Shown here one piece after another: positions 9,448 to 19,830 of a stretch of 64,000 bases of DNA. Positions within the stretch are counted from its first letter, which is position 1, and every line of letters begins with the position of its first letter. A program made the translations under genes and the position numbers. This DNA comes from an uncultured Chloroflexia bacterium. GTDB lineage: Bacteria > Chloroflexota > UBA6077 > JACCZL01. The stretch lies in NCBI GenBank assembly GCA_963765765.1, contig CAVXYC010000010.1:160001-224000 (forward strand). The letters are read 5' to 3'. The notes below the pieces were generated by a model. That model was not told the origin of the DNA. It searched no databases and was given only the letters and a program-made list of their open reading frames with translations.

Positions 9448-10767
9448 TTGGCCAGCGCGCCAATGACGGCCGACCTGGTGGAGGCATTCTCCGCGGTACG
9501 CGGCGAGCCCGCGTGGCTGCGCGACATGCGTTTGCGTGGCTGGGAGACGTTCTCTTCGCAGCCGATGCCAACCATGCGCGACGAGGGCTGGCGGCGCACC
9601 GATCTGCGCGCGCTGGACCTCGATGCACTGTTGAATCCGCCGGCGCACTTGCCCGCGTCGTCACAGTCAGCCGAGTGCGTGAAGCGCGTGTTAACCAAGG
9701 CAGACGATGTGGCCGGTACGCTCATCGTTCAGGATTCGGCAGAGGTGAGCGTAGAGCTGGACCCAGATCTAGCTGCCAGGGGCGTTCGACTGCTGAGTCT
9801 CGAACGGGCCGTGCGAGAAATGCCCGAACGCGTCCAGGCTGCGTTGCTCTCGACGCGCTCTGATTCCCCCGACCTGTTCGCAGGCATCCATGAGGCATAT
9901 CTGAGCGGTGGCGCGTTTGTTCTCGTACCGCGCGGGGTCGTCGTGGAGAAGCCTATCCAGATCGTCCAGGCGGCCACCGAGCCAGGCCAGAGTCTCTTTC
10001 CTCACACGCTCGTGCTGGCGGAGTCCGGCGCGGATGTCACCATCATGGAGACGTACTGCGGCGATGAGCGCGTGGGCGATGCCTTCGTGAGCGCCGGCGT
10101 TGAGCTGATTCCCGCGGACAACGCTCGCATCCAGTACGTCAACAGCCAGGAGTGGGCGGAATCGGTCTGGCATTTTTCAACGTGCGCCGCAAAATCGAGT
10201 CGCACCAGCAACGTGCGATGGGTGTTTGCGTCACTGGGCGCTCGACTGGCGAGGACAACGCTGGACGCTCGTCTCGATGCAGAGGGCGCGGAGACGGAGA
10301 TCGTCGGCCTGGTGTTTGGCGAGCACAACCAGCACGCGGACCATCTCACGATTCAGGACCATATCGCAGGCCGAACTCGGAGCGACCAGCTCTTCAAGGC
10401 GGCTTTGCGCGACACGGCGAGCTCGAACTTCAATGGCTTGATCCGAGTCGGTGAGGACGCCCCTCAGACCTCTTCAAATATGGAAGCGCGAAATCTACTG
10501 TTGTCTGGTACGGCGAGGGCGGAATCGGATCCGAGGCTCGAGATCCTCAATAGCGAAGTCGAGCGCTGCTCGCACGGGGCGACGGTTGGGCCCATGGATG
10601 AGGATGCACTGTTCTACGTGATGAGTCGTGGAATCAATCGTGATGAAGCGCAGTTGTTGATAGTGGAGGCGTTCTTCGCTCCGGTCCTTCAGCGCATACC
10701 CATTGATGCTGTGCGCGAGCGGATCTGGTCGGGCATCCAACGCGAGCTCGAGGCGGAGAACAAGTAA
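9448..10767 (+). CDS. sufD: Fe-S assembly protein SufD
   Basis: EGWRRTD, PRLEI..VERCSHGATVG..LFYVMSRGI. TTG start after gaggtgg RBS. Confidence 0.92.
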   Translation: MASAPMTADLVEAFSAVRGEPAWLRDMRLRGWETFSSQPMPTMRDEGWRRTDLRALDLDALLNPPAHLPASSQSAECVKRVLTKADDVAGTLIVQDSAEVSVELDPDLAARGVRLLSLERAVREMPERVQAALLSTRSDSPDLFAGIHEAYLSGGAFVLVPRGVVVEKPIQIVQAATEPGQSLFPHTLVLAESGADVTIMETYCGDERVGDAFVSAGVELIPADNARIQYVNSQEWAESVWHFSTCAAKSSRTSNVRWVFASLGARLARTTLDARLDAEGAETEIVGLVFGEHNQHADHLTIQDHIAGRTRSDQLFKAALRDTASSNFNGLIRVGEDAPQTSSNMEARNLLLSGTARAESDPRLEILNSEVERCSHGATVGPMDEDALFYVMSRGINRDEAQLLIVEAFFAPVLQRIPIDAVRERIWSGIQRELEAENK

Positions 10768-10770
10768 TAC

Positions 10771-11083
10771 ATGGGTAGCTGGACCGTGGTGGCTCGCGAA
10801 GGCGAAATCGAGCCGGGGAAGGCTCGAGTCGTAGATGTCGGTGACAAGCGCATCGCGTTGTGCAACGTCGACGGATCGATCTTCGCGATCGATGACGTCT
10901 GTACTCACGATGATGGCCCGTTGGGTGAGGGTGAGCTCATCGACGATCGCATCGAATGCCCACGGCACGGCGCGCTATTTGACGTAAAGACAGGAAAGGC
11001 CGTCACGCTTCCGGCGGTCTATCCGGTGGACACCTATCCGGTCCGCGGTGACGGACGGCGCGATAGAAGTGGAGATGGAATGA
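10771..11083 (+). CDS. Rieske-type (non-heme iron oxygenase) ferredoxin; probable +1 error near 11047
   Basis: DVCTHDD and IECPRHG motifs. Removing one G gives ...YPVRVTDGAIEVEME* with ATGA overlap to sufS. Confidence 0.88.
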
Positions 11084-12340
11084 CCTCGCAGAACGGATTT
11101 CACGGCGCGTTGGACGTAGCCGCGATCCGAAAAGATTTTCCAATCCTGGACAAGACGGCGCACGGTAAGCCGCTCATCTATCTGGACAACGCGGCCACCT
11201 CGCAGAAACCCCGGCAGGTCATTCAGACGCTTGTCGACTACTACGAGGGCTACAACGCCAATATCCATCGGGGTGTGCATGCGCTGGCGGAGCTAGCGAC
11301 CGAGCGCTATGAAGGCACGCGTGCAGAAGGTGGCGCGGTTCATCGGCGCGGCGTCCACCCGTGAGATCATATTCACCCGAAACACGACCGAGGCGATTAA
11401 CCTGGTGGCGCATACCTGGGGCCGACAGAATATCGGCGCAGGCGACGAGATTCTCGTCACACGGATGGAGCACCACAGCAACGTCGTGCCCTGGCAGCTC
11501 CTCGCTGCCGAGCGTGGGGCAAAGCTTCGCTATATCAATTTTTCCGTGGACGGAATTGTCGAGCCAGAAGACATCAAAAAAGCGCTTACGGATCGAACGC
11601 GGATCCTGGCCATCACGCACATGTCAAATGTCCTCGGGACGATTAATCCGGTAGCCGAGGCCGCGAAGCTGGCGCATGACGCGGGGGCGCTCATCCTGGT
11701 TGATGGAGCGCAAAGCGTCCCGCACATGCCGGTGAACGTGCACGACCTCGATTGTGACTTCTTGGCCTTCTCATCGCACAAGATGCTTGGTCCAACGGGC
11801 GTCGGTGTACTCTACGGGAAGGAAGCGCTGCTGGAAAGTATGCCGCCATTCCTGGGCGGGGGCGAGATGATCGACCGCGTCTCAGACGACATGTCGACCT
11901 GGAATGAGCTGCCCTGGAAATACGAGGCGGGGACGCCCAACATCGCCGACGTGATCGCGTTTGGCGCAGCCATTGATTACCTCTCAGAGCTCGGTATGGA
12001 GCGCGTACGTGAGCACGAGCGTGAGCTTGTTGCGTACGCGATGGAGGCCATCGGCAGTGTTCCCGATATCAAAATTTTTGGGCCGCGGGACTCTGTGCGT
12101 CGCGGAGGCGTGGTTGCATTCAACTTTGGCGCTATCCACTCACATGACGTCGGGATGATCCTTGACTATGAGGGCATAGCTGTACGAGTCGGCCATCATT
12201 GCTGCCAGCTTCTGATGAAGGACCTGGACGTCCCGGGCACCGCGCGGGCGAGCTTCTATGTGTACAACACTCCGGAGGAAGTAGACGCTCTGGTTACCGG
12301 CCTATCGAAAGTGAAGGAGATGTTCCGAGTTGGCGCTTGA
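11080..12340 (+). CDS. sufS: Cysteine desulfurase SufS (frameshift near 11315)
   Basis: YLDNAATSQKP, FSSHKMLGPTG (PLP lysine), AVRVGHHC. Confidence 0.95.
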
Positions 12341-12797
12341 CGACCTGTATCGAGAGATCATTCTCGATCACTACCAGAGTCCACGCGGTCGTGGCGAGAT
12401 GACTGATCCGTCGGTGCGCGTGCACGGCCACAATCCGTTGTGCGGCGATGAAGTGGACGTGATGCTGAAGATCGATAGTGGCAAGGTCGTGGACGTCATG
12501 TTCAATGGCCGCGGCTGCTCGATCAGTCAGGCCTCGGCGTCGATGATGACCGAGGGTGTCGAAGGTCTCTCGGATGAAGACGCTGACGAGCTGGTTGGCG
12601 GCTTCCGCGAAATGATGGTTGGAAGTGGATCGCTCGACGGCCTGAACGGAAATGAAGAGCTGGAGGCGCTGCAAGGCGTCAAGAAGTACCCGGTTCGAGT
12701 GAAATGCGCCATGCTACCCTGGAACGCCCTCCGTGAGGCGTTGCAGCAATATCGCGATGGCGTGACCAATGCCGATAAGGAGATAACCGATGCCTGA
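12330..12797 (+). CDS. sufU: SufU/NifU-type sulfur acceptor
   Basis: LYREIILDHY, NPLCGD, GCSISQAS, RVKCA. Confidence 0.95.
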   Translation: MALDDLYREIILDHYQSPRGRGEMTDPSVRVHGHNPLCGDEVDVMLKIDSGKVVDVMFNGRGCSISQASASMMTEGVEGLSDEDADELVGGFREMMVGSGSLDGLNGNEELEALQGVKKYPVRVKCAMLPWNALREALQQYRDGVTNADKEITDA

Positions 12798-13146
12798 CGA
12801 AGTCGTGGCTGAAAGTGCGAACGCTGCTCAGACGGAAGTGATGCCCACCGAGGACGAGATGCTCGGGGCGCTCAAGGCGGTATATGACCCTGAGATTGGG
12901 ATCAATATCGTGGATCTTGGGCTTGTCTACGGTGTCACCGCGGACGACGGCAACGTTGTTGTTGATATGACGCTTACGAGTCCTGCTTGCCCGCTCGCGC
13001 CGGTGATCAAGGTGCAGGCGGAGGCGGTGCTGTGTAACAAGTTTCCAGCAGTCCAGGATGTTGAGATCAACCTGGTATGGACGCCACGTTGGGATCCGCG
13101 CACAATGGCCAGTGAAGAAGCCAAAGCTGAGCTGGGAATCTGGTAG
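12790..13146 (+). CDS. DUF59/SufT metal-sulfur cluster biosynthesis protein
   Basis: VYDPEIGINIVDLGLVY, MTLTSPACP. Confidence 0.93.
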   Translation: MPDEVVAESANAAQTEVMPTEDEMLGALKAVYDPEIGINIVDLGLVYGVTADDGNVVVDMTLTSPACPLAPVIKVQAEAVLCNKFPAVQDVEINLVWTPRWDPRTMASEEAKAELGIW

Positions 13147-13183
13147 AGTAGCCGCTGGCTGGGCTCCGCGGAAGCAGTGTGAC

Positions 13184-13320
13184 TATAATTCTGACTGTAC
13201 AGCGCGTGAGACTGATGATACGGAAAGCGCTTGATCGCGGATCACCACGATGATTGGTCGAGGGTGGTTCGCTTTCTGTGTGTCTGGAGGGGTGCGCCGG
13301 AGGGTGGCGCGCACAGTCAC
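13184..13320 (+). promoter_or_regulatory. -10 box (TATAAT 13184) followed by a structured ~130-nt leader of OFOR operon 1
   Basis: Terminal pairing tgactgt/acagtca. Inner stems atacggaaagcg/cgctttctgtgt and gtgcgcc/ggcgcgc. Confidence 0.45.
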
Positions 13321-13347
13321 AGGGTCCGGTTAAGAGGGGGAGGGCGC

Positions 13348-15111
13348 ATGCCCAAGAACAACATTTCGATCAAGATTGGCGGTGAAGCCGGACAGGGTGT
13401 CGAGTCCGGCGGCGCTGGGTTCGCCCGTGCGCTTGTCCGCGGTGGCTTGTGGGTCTTCGGACTCCAGGACTACATGTCGCGAATCCGCGGCGGACACAAC
13501 TTTTATCACGTGCGCGTTTCGGAAGAACCGATTTACTCGCATGTGGAGGACGTGCACCTCTTGCTGGCGTTCAATAAGGACGCGGTTGGGTACCACCTCT
13601 CTGAGATCGTTCCTGGTGGCGGAGTCATTCATGACGAAGCCATAAAGGTCGACGAGGCGGCACTCGCAGAGGGTGACGTGCGGAACTTTGAGCTTCCGCT
13701 GGTGAAGCTGGCTGAGGAAGTTGGCGGTCATCGAATCATGATGAATACCGCTGCCCTGGGTGCCACGGCGGGGCTCACGCAATACAACTTTGAGCGCATT
13801 GAAGATGTCATCGAGAACAACTTCAAGCGCAAAGGGGCCGAGGTTGTTGGAAGCAATGTCAAGGTAGCCAAGGCTGCCTATGACATGGCCGGTGAGCGCT
13901 ACGGTGCCGACTTCCCATGGAAGCTCGAGGCGATTCCGAATCAGTCCAAAAAAATGTTGATCAATGGCAACCAGGCTATCGGCATGGGAGCCATCGCGGC
14001 GGGCTGTAAGTTCATATCGACGTATCCAATGACTCCCGCCAGCACGATTACCGAATACATCGCGGCTAACGCCCGCAAGTTCGGTATCGTTCAGAAAGAG
14101 ACTGAGGACGAGATTGCCGCGATCCTCTTCGCCATCGGCGCTGCACACGCCGGTGTTCGGGCGATGACGGCGAGCTCAGGCGGTGGATTCTGTCTCATGG
14201 TTGAGGCTTATGGCCTGGCCGCGATGACGGAGACTCCGCTGGTTATTGCGGAGGTTGCACGCGGTGGTCCGAGCACGGGTCTACCCACACGCACCGAGTC
14301 CTCCGACCTGCAGTTCGTGCTTCACGCATCGCACGGCGAGTTCCCACGAATCGTTCTCACACCTGGCACGGTTGAGCAGTGCTTCGAGGCGGGCTATCGA
14401 GCGTTCAATCTCGCCGACAAATACCAGACACCAGTCATCATCTTGAGCGATCTGTTCCTCTCGAACCAGGTTCGCACGGTGCCAGCTGATTCGTTCGACT
14501 TCCACAAGGTCTCGATCGATCGCGGCGAGATGGTGAGCTATGAAGATCTGGACAAGCTCACTCAGCCTTACGAGCGACATGCGCTCACTGAGTCGGGAAT
14601 CTCTCCGCGAGCTATCCCTGGCCACGAGAAGGCTGTATACATCACCACTGGTGATGAGCACTCCGAACGCGGCTGGATCACTGAGGAATCAGATATCCGC
14701 AACCGCCAGATGGAGAAGCGCATGCGCAAAGAGACGCTTTGCGCTGAGCAAGACATGCAGCTTCCGATCATCTGGGGTCCTGAAACCGCGGATATCTCGT
14801 TGGTCACGTTTGGCTCCACGATCGGCGCTGCTGAAGAAGCGGCACGCATGATGACCGCTGACGGGACGCCCACCAACGTCCTTCAGTTTGTTGACATGCA
14901 TCCGTTTCAAGAGGAGCCGCTCACGGATCTGATCAACAGCCTCAAGACGATGGTGATCGTCGAAATGAACTTCACTGCTCAGCTTGCACAGGTGATTCGG
15001 CAGTACACGGGGCGCAAACCCGACGTGCTCCTGACCAAGTACGATGGTCGGCCGTACTCACCCGAAGAAATCGTACGGAAGGTACGCGAGAAGGTGGCGG
15101 TAAATGTCTGA
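13348..15111 (+). CDS. korA: 2-oxoacid:ferredoxin oxidoreductase alpha subunit (gamma-fused), copy 1
   Basis: IGGEAGQG, SRIRGG, YPMTPAS, EDEIAA, RGGPSTGLPT. Confidence 0.93.
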   Translation: MPKNNISIKIGGEAGQGVESGGAGFARALVRGGLWVFGLQDYMSRIRGGHNFYHVRVSEEPIYSHVEDVHLLLAFNKDAVGYHLSEIVPGGGVIHDEAIKVDEAALAEGDVRNFELPLVKLAEEVGGHRIMMNTAALGATAGLTQYNFERIEDVIENNFKRKGAEVVGSNVKVAKAAYDMAGERYGADFPWKLEAIPNQSKKMLINGNQAIGMGAIAAGCKFISTYPMTPASTITEYIAANARKFGIVQKETEDEIAAILFAIGAAHAGVRAMTASSGGGFCLMVEAYGLAAMTETPLVIAEVARGGPSTGLPTRTESSDLQFVLHASHGEFPRIVLTPGTVEQCFEAGYRAFNLADKYQTPVIILSDLFLSNQVRTVPADSFDFHKVSIDRGEMVSYEDLDKLTQPYERHALTESGISPRAIPGHEKAVYITTGDEHSERGWITEESDIRNRQMEKRMRKETLCAEQDMQLPIIWGPETADISLVTFGSTIGAAEEAARMMTADGTPTNVLQFVDMHPFQEEPLTDLINSLKTMVIVEMNFTAQLAQVIRQYTGRKPDVLLTKYDGRPYSPEEIVRKVREKVAVNV

Positions 15112-15973
15112 ACTCAAATTATTCAACACAACTGAAAAGTCCACCTGGTGCCCCGGATGCGGTGACTTCGGCATTCTCGCGGGCATCAAGGCGGCACTAG
15201 CTGCGCTGGACCTCATGCCGCACCAGGCGATGATCGTCTCTGGTATCGGCTGCGGCTCAAAGCTTCCGCACTACATGACCGTGAACGCGTACAACTCGCT
15301 GCACGGTCGCGCTGTGCCAATCGCCCAGGGCATCAAGCTCGCCAATCACAATCTCAAGGTCATCATTGTGACTGGTGATGGTGACGGCTATGGCATTGGT
15401 GCGAACCACCTGATGCAGGGGATGCGCCGTAACGCGGACGTCACCCACATCATCGAGAACAACCAGATTTACGGATTGACCAAGGGGCAATACTCACCAA
15501 CTTCCGACAAGGGTGTTGTGACGAGCTTCTCGCCAGAGGGGTCGATCGAAGCAGCGCTAAATCCGCTGGCTCTGGCTCTCGCGGCAGGTGCGACATTTAT
15601 CTCGCGAACGTTCGCGGGCGATGTGAAGCACATGTCAGCCCTGATCCAGGAAGCCGTCAAGCATCCTGGCTATTCTGTGGTGGACACACTTCAGCCTTGC
15701 GTGACGTACAACAAAGTCAACACGTATGACTGGTACCGTGAGCGCGTTTATAAGGTCGAGGAAGAGGCGGGCTACAACCCTACCGATCGCGACCAGGCCT
15801 GGACGCGAGCGCAGGAGTGGGGCGATCGCATCCCCGTGGGAATCATCTACCAGGACACCAGTCGGGCAACGTACGAGTCGCAGGTATCTGCCCTTCAGAA
15901 GGGGCCGCTGGTCCAGCAGGAGCTGAATGGTCGATATCCCGATTACGACGCTTTGAAGGAAGCGCTCGTCTAG
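15104..15973 (+). CDS. korB: 2-oxoacid:ferredoxin oxidoreductase beta subunit, copy 1
   Basis: WCPGCGD, SGIGC, LHGR, GDGDG (TPP-binding), YGLTKGQ. Confidence 0.93.
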   Translation: MSELKLFNTTEKSTWCPGCGDFGILAGIKAALAALDLMPHQAMIVSGIGCGSKLPHYMTVNAYNSLHGRAVPIAQGIKLANHNLKVIIVTGDGDGYGIGANHLMQGMRRNADVTHIIENNQIYGLTKGQYSPTSDKGVVTSFSPEGSIEAALNPLALALAAGATFISRTFAGDVKHMSALIQEAVKHPGYSVVDTLQPCVTYNKVNTYDWYRERVYKVEEEAGYNPTDRDQAWTRAQEWGDRIPVGIIYQDTSRATYESQVSALQKGPLVQQELNGRYPDYDALKEALV

Positions 15974-16066
15974 TTCACGAGACTTGAGAGCACATGAGAC
16001 GCGGCGAGGATCACTCGCCGCGTTTCCGTGCGAAATCACCGCGCTACCATTCACAAGGAGAGTGGA

Positions 16067-16705
16067 GTGAATCAATCCGACGGCGCCGATGCCGCCGCGG
16101 AACGCCGTAGTCTGATTCGAAGCCTCAATCCCTTCGGTCGGATTCGACTTCGAGTCGCGGCGAGGCTCCACGAATATGCCTCGGATCTCACCCGAGGTGA
16201 GCTCAATTTCTCATGGATTACGGATGATCTCGCGGCGGGCGGATCGGTCCGCGTGCGGGATTACAAGCGTCTGCATGAACTTGGCGTATCGGGCGTTATC
16301 GACCTTCGAGCAGAAGCTTGCGACGACGAGTCCGCCCTGCGTCGAGTCGGGATCGAGCTTCTAAATCTGCCGACACCAGACCGCTACGCTCCCTCAGTGG
16401 AGATACTCGAGTCGGGTGTGCGCTGGGCCGAGGAGCATCTTGCCCGGAGCGGCAAGATATTTGCTCACTGCGAGCACGGCGTGGGACGAGGGCCCTTGAT
16501 GATCTGCGCTGTACTGGTCAGCCGCGGCGCAAGTACGCCCGATGCGCTTGGTGTGCTTCGGGAACGTCGCTGGCAGAGTGCCCCCAATGATCGACAGATC
16601 GAAGCGCTCCTGGCTTTCGAGAGGCATTGTCGACAAATCTTGACGGCCTCCGGTCTGGAGCCTGGCCAGGAGTGGACGGAAGCTCGAGCCGGCGGTGTCG
16701 GCTGA
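16067..16705 (+). CDS. Dual-specificity / Cys-based protein phosphatase
   Basis: HCEHGVGR (HCxxGxxR). GTG start after aaggag. Confidence 0.85.
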   Translation: MNQSDGADAAAERRSLIRSLNPFGRIRLRVAARLHEYASDLTRGELNFSWITDDLAAGGSVRVRDYKRLHELGVSGVIDLRAEACDDESALRRVGIELLNLPTPDRYAPSVEILESGVRWAEEHLARSGKIFAHCEHGVGRGPLMICAVLVSRGASTPDALGVLRERRWQSAPNDRQIEALLAFERHCRQILTASGLEPGQEWTEARAGGVG

Positions 16706-16934
16706 GGCGGTCCAATGTGCATGTCGAAGATGTATTCAGAGAACAGGACTGATCATCTGTAACAATGAATCAAGGGTATAGGTAAGGCTATCCGGGGCGA
16801 ATTGCCACGGAGATCAACATTTTGAAGCAAGTGGCGGGCTGAACTGTCACGGGGCGCACGGGCGCCGGAATCGAATCATGAGCCGCACCAGTCTCAGAGT
16901 GACTCAGGCTGGTCCGTCTGAGTGAGGGGGAAAC

Positions 16935-18821
16935 ATGGAATTACGGGATCTGACCTGGCTCGTAGGCGGGCCGCAGGGTGGTGGCATCAACGCGTCCGCA
17001 GAAACGCTGACCAAGGCGTGCACGCGCGCCGGTTACCGTGTGATCGCGAACATTGAATACCACTCCAACATCATGGGCGAGCACAGCTACTATCGAGTTC
17101 GAATCTCCGACGTGGACCGAACTTCGATCTCCGAGCGTGTTCACGTCCTCGTCTCACTCGACGAGGAGACGCTCTTCGGCGAAGCGCATGCAACGTTCCC
17201 AGGCTTCCCGGGCCATCTCAACGAGCTCGTGCCGGGGGGCGCGGTGGTCTTCGATTCGTCGATCAAGCTCGACAAAGTGCTCGAGCGACGCAAAGACATC
17301 CTGGCATGTCCGCTGCCCTACACCGAGATCCTGGAAGAGATGCTCTCCGAATTTGGGCGCTCCGGACAAGCCGGCCGCATGCGTGTCATGGTGAACACGA
17401 TTGCCACCGGTGCATCCCTCGCGCTCATGGGATTCCCGCTCAGCCGATTCCAGGACGGTCTCCGTGAGGGTTTCTCCGGACGCCGCGCAGAGATCGGCGA
17501 GATGAACGCGCGCGCAGCAGAGATCGGGTTCAACTACCTGACAGAGCACTATCTCAAGGATTCCGACTTCCGACTTGTCAAAGTTCAGGAGCCGGCAGTT
17601 CCGCCACTTCTTATTCGTGGTATGCAGGCGTGCGCCATTTCCAAGCTCAAGGCTGGGCTCGGTATTCAGACGTACTACCCGATTAGCCCCGCTACGGACG
17701 AGAACGTCTATCTCGAGGCGCATCAGCGCGAGACAGACCTGGTGGTCGTTCAAACTGAAGATGAGATATCGGCGATCAATATGGCCGTGGGAGCCGCCCA
17801 TGGCGGCGCTCGAGTGTCGACTTCCACCTCAGGACCAGGGTTCTCGCTCATGGTTGAAGGCATTGGCTTTGCCTCAATGACTGAGGCGGCGGGCCCCGTC
17901 GTGATGATCTGGTCACGCGGCGGTCCGAGCACGGGCTTACCGACACGGCAGGAGCAAGGCGACCTTCGCTTCATGCTCCAGCCCGGCCATGGCGAATTCC
18001 CTCACATCTTGGTTGCCCCAGGTGACGTGGACGAGGTGGTTGAGGACGCGTTCGAGTCGTTCAATTGGGCTGATCGCTATCAGCTTCCTGTCATCGTCCT
18101 GTGCGACAAGCTACTCTCGACGACGTACGTGACGCACGATGGTTTGAAGTTGGACGCGCTCCCGCCAATCGACCGCGGCGCGTACTTCGACGCGACAAAG
18201 AACGGCGCCAACGGTGCGGCGCATGATGAGAAGCTCGGTTACTTACGCTATGCGATCACCGAGAACGGCATCACGCCGCGGTCCATCCCAGGTGATGAGG
18301 GCGGCGTCTATTGGACGACCACGGACGAGCACGACCCACAGGGACACATCACCGAAGACGCTCAAAATCGCATCGACATGATGCACAAGCGGATGAACAA
18401 GCTGGCGCTGGCGCTCAGTGAGATGCCGGTGGAGCGCACGTTCAGTGTAATTGGACCCGAAGATGCCGACGTGACGCTTGTCGGTTGGGGCTCCACCAAG
18501 GGCGCGATCCTGGACGCGCTTCGATTGCTGAAGGAAGAAGATGGCATCACCGCCAACTATCTCCACGTGCGGCTCATGCGGCCATTCCCGGTGGCTGGTG
18601 TAGAAGCCGTGCTCAAGCGAGCGAAGCGGACCATTCTGGTGGAGACGAACTATCTCGGTCAGCTTGGCATGCTCATCCGTGAGCAAACTGGCTTCACGAT
18701 CGAAGAGAAAATTTTGAAGTTTGACGGTCGCCCATTCTCCGAGGAGGAGATCATGGACGGCCTCCGCTCAGTCATCAAGAACGGTCAGCGAGAAGTTGAA
18801 GTCTCGCACCTTTCGTCCTAG
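16935..18821 (+). CDS. korA: 2-oxoacid:ferredoxin oxidoreductase alpha subunit, copy 2
   Basis: GGPQGGG, YYPISPATDE, TSTSGPG, RGGPSTGLPTR. Confidence 0.92.
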   Translation: MELRDLTWLVGGPQGGGINASAETLTKACTRAGYRVIANIEYHSNIMGEHSYYRVRISDVDRTSISERVHVLVSLDEETLFGEAHATFPGFPGHLNELVPGGAVVFDSSIKLDKVLERRKDILACPLPYTEILEEMLSEFGRSGQAGRMRVMVNTIATGASLALMGFPLSRFQDGLREGFSGRRAEIGEMNARAAEIGFNYLTEHYLKDSDFRLVKVQEPAVPPLLIRGMQACAISKLKAGLGIQTYYPISPATDENVYLEAHQRETDLVVVQTEDEISAINMAVGAAHGGARVSTSTSGPGFSLMVEGIGFASMTEAAGPVVMIWSRGGPSTGLPTRQEQGDLRFMLQPGHGEFPHILVAPGDVDEVVEDAFESFNWADRYQLPVIVLCDKLLSTTYVTHDGLKLDALPPIDRGAYFDATKNGANGAAHDEKLGYLRYAITENGITPRSIPGDEGGVYWTTTDEHDPQGHITEDAQNRIDMMHKRMNKLALALSEMPVERTFSVIGPEDADVTLVGWGSTKGAILDALRLLKEEDGITANYLHVRLMRPFPVAGVEAVLKRAKRTILVETNYLGQLGMLIREQTGFTIEEKILKFDGRPFSEEEIMDGLRSVIKNGQREVEVSHLSS

Positions 18822-18835
18822 CTCAGGAGACTAAA

Positions 18836-19771
18836 ATGGCGACTGCGACACTGACAGTCCGCGACTACCGAACAGACGTTCACAACAACTGGTGCCCCGG
18901 CTGCGGCGACTTCGGAATTCTGAGCGCCATTCAGGCAGCCTTTGCTCAGCTCCAGATACCGCCACACAAGATCGCGGTGCTCTCGGGCATCGGATGCTCG
19001 GGCAAGACGCCGCATTACATCAACGCATACGGCTATCACACGCTTCACGGACGCGTCCTTCCGACCGCCACGGGCATGAAGATCGCGAACAACGACATGA
19101 CCGTAATGGCCGTCGGCGGCGATGGCGATGGTTATGGGATTGGCGCCGGCTACTTTATCAACTCGGGCCGTCGAAACCTCGACTTAACTTACATCGTCTT
19201 CAACAATGGCGTGTACGGTCTGACCAAGGGGCAAGGCGCGCCGACGCTTCGCAAGGGGCTGAAGACAAAGTCGATGCCCGAACCTGCCATTCAGGACGGC
19301 GTGAACCCATTGGCGTTGGCCATCGGCGCGGGCTACACGTTTGTAGCTCGCGGCTACGCACTTGATCCGCGGCATCTGACGGGACTCATCGTGCAGGCGA
19401 TTCAGCATCCGGGCTCTTCGTTCCTGGATGTGCTCCAGACCTGCCCGACGTACAACGATCTCTATACCAAGGAGTGGTACGCCGAGAAAGGCGAGGAGAG
19501 CGAGCGGCTCTATAAGTTGGACGAGGCTGGCTACGATGGACTCGTTCGAGACGTCAGCAACCCTGACGAGCTCGTGGAGAAAAAGCTTCAGGCCGTGGCC
19601 AAGTCGTACGAGTGGGGCAACCGAATCCCACTGGGTGTCTACTACAAGGTAGAAGTCCCAACGTACGGGCAGGAAGTGGCCGAGCGAAGTCCACGATACG
19701 GTCAAGAAGCGATCGCGCGGATGGATCACTCCAAGCGGGATTTGACACCACTGATTGAGTCGTTCCGCTAG
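18836..19771 (+). CDS. korB: 2-oxoacid:ferredoxin oxidoreductase beta subunit, copy 2
   Basis: WCPGCGDFG, SGIGCS, TLHGR, GGDGDG. Confidence 0.93.
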   Translation: MATATLTVRDYRTDVHNNWCPGCGDFGILSAIQAAFAQLQIPPHKIAVLSGIGCSGKTPHYINAYGYHTLHGRVLPTATGMKIANNDMTVMAVGGDGDGYGIGAGYFINSGRRNLDLTYIVFNNGVYGLTKGQGAPTLRKGLKTKSMPEPAIQDGVNPLALAIGAGYTFVARGYALDPRHLTGLIVQAIQHPGSSFLDVLQTCPTYNDLYTKEWYAEKGEESERLYKLDEAGYDGLVRDVSNPDELVEKKLQAVAKSYEWGNRIPLGVYYKVEVPTYGQEVAERSPRYGQEAIARMDHSKRDLTPLIESFR

Positions 19772-19792
19772 TCGATCCAATCCAGCACGGAT

Positions 19793-19830
19793 ATGAGAAA
19801 AGCCCCGAAGTACCTCGGGGCTTTTCTCAT
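19793..19830 (+). terminator. Intrinsic terminator
   Basis: atgagaaaagccccga-agtacc-tcggggcttttctcat. Confidence 0.85.

Noticed and set aside
10771-11364. Apparent Rieske ferredoxin-SufS N-terminal fusion
   Set aside because: Removing one G near 11047 restores a normal Rieske C-terminus with an ATGA overlap to sufS. Most likely a sequencing indel.
13155-13180. SRP RNA-like GGAAGCAG word
   Set aside because: Lacks the paired CAGG-GRAA helix 8 context.
13201-13285. Hammerhead-like CUGAUGA...GAAA core in the OFOR leader
   Set aside because: Only 4 nt separate the two motifs, so there is no stem II. GAAA is also sequestered in a stronger alternative stem.
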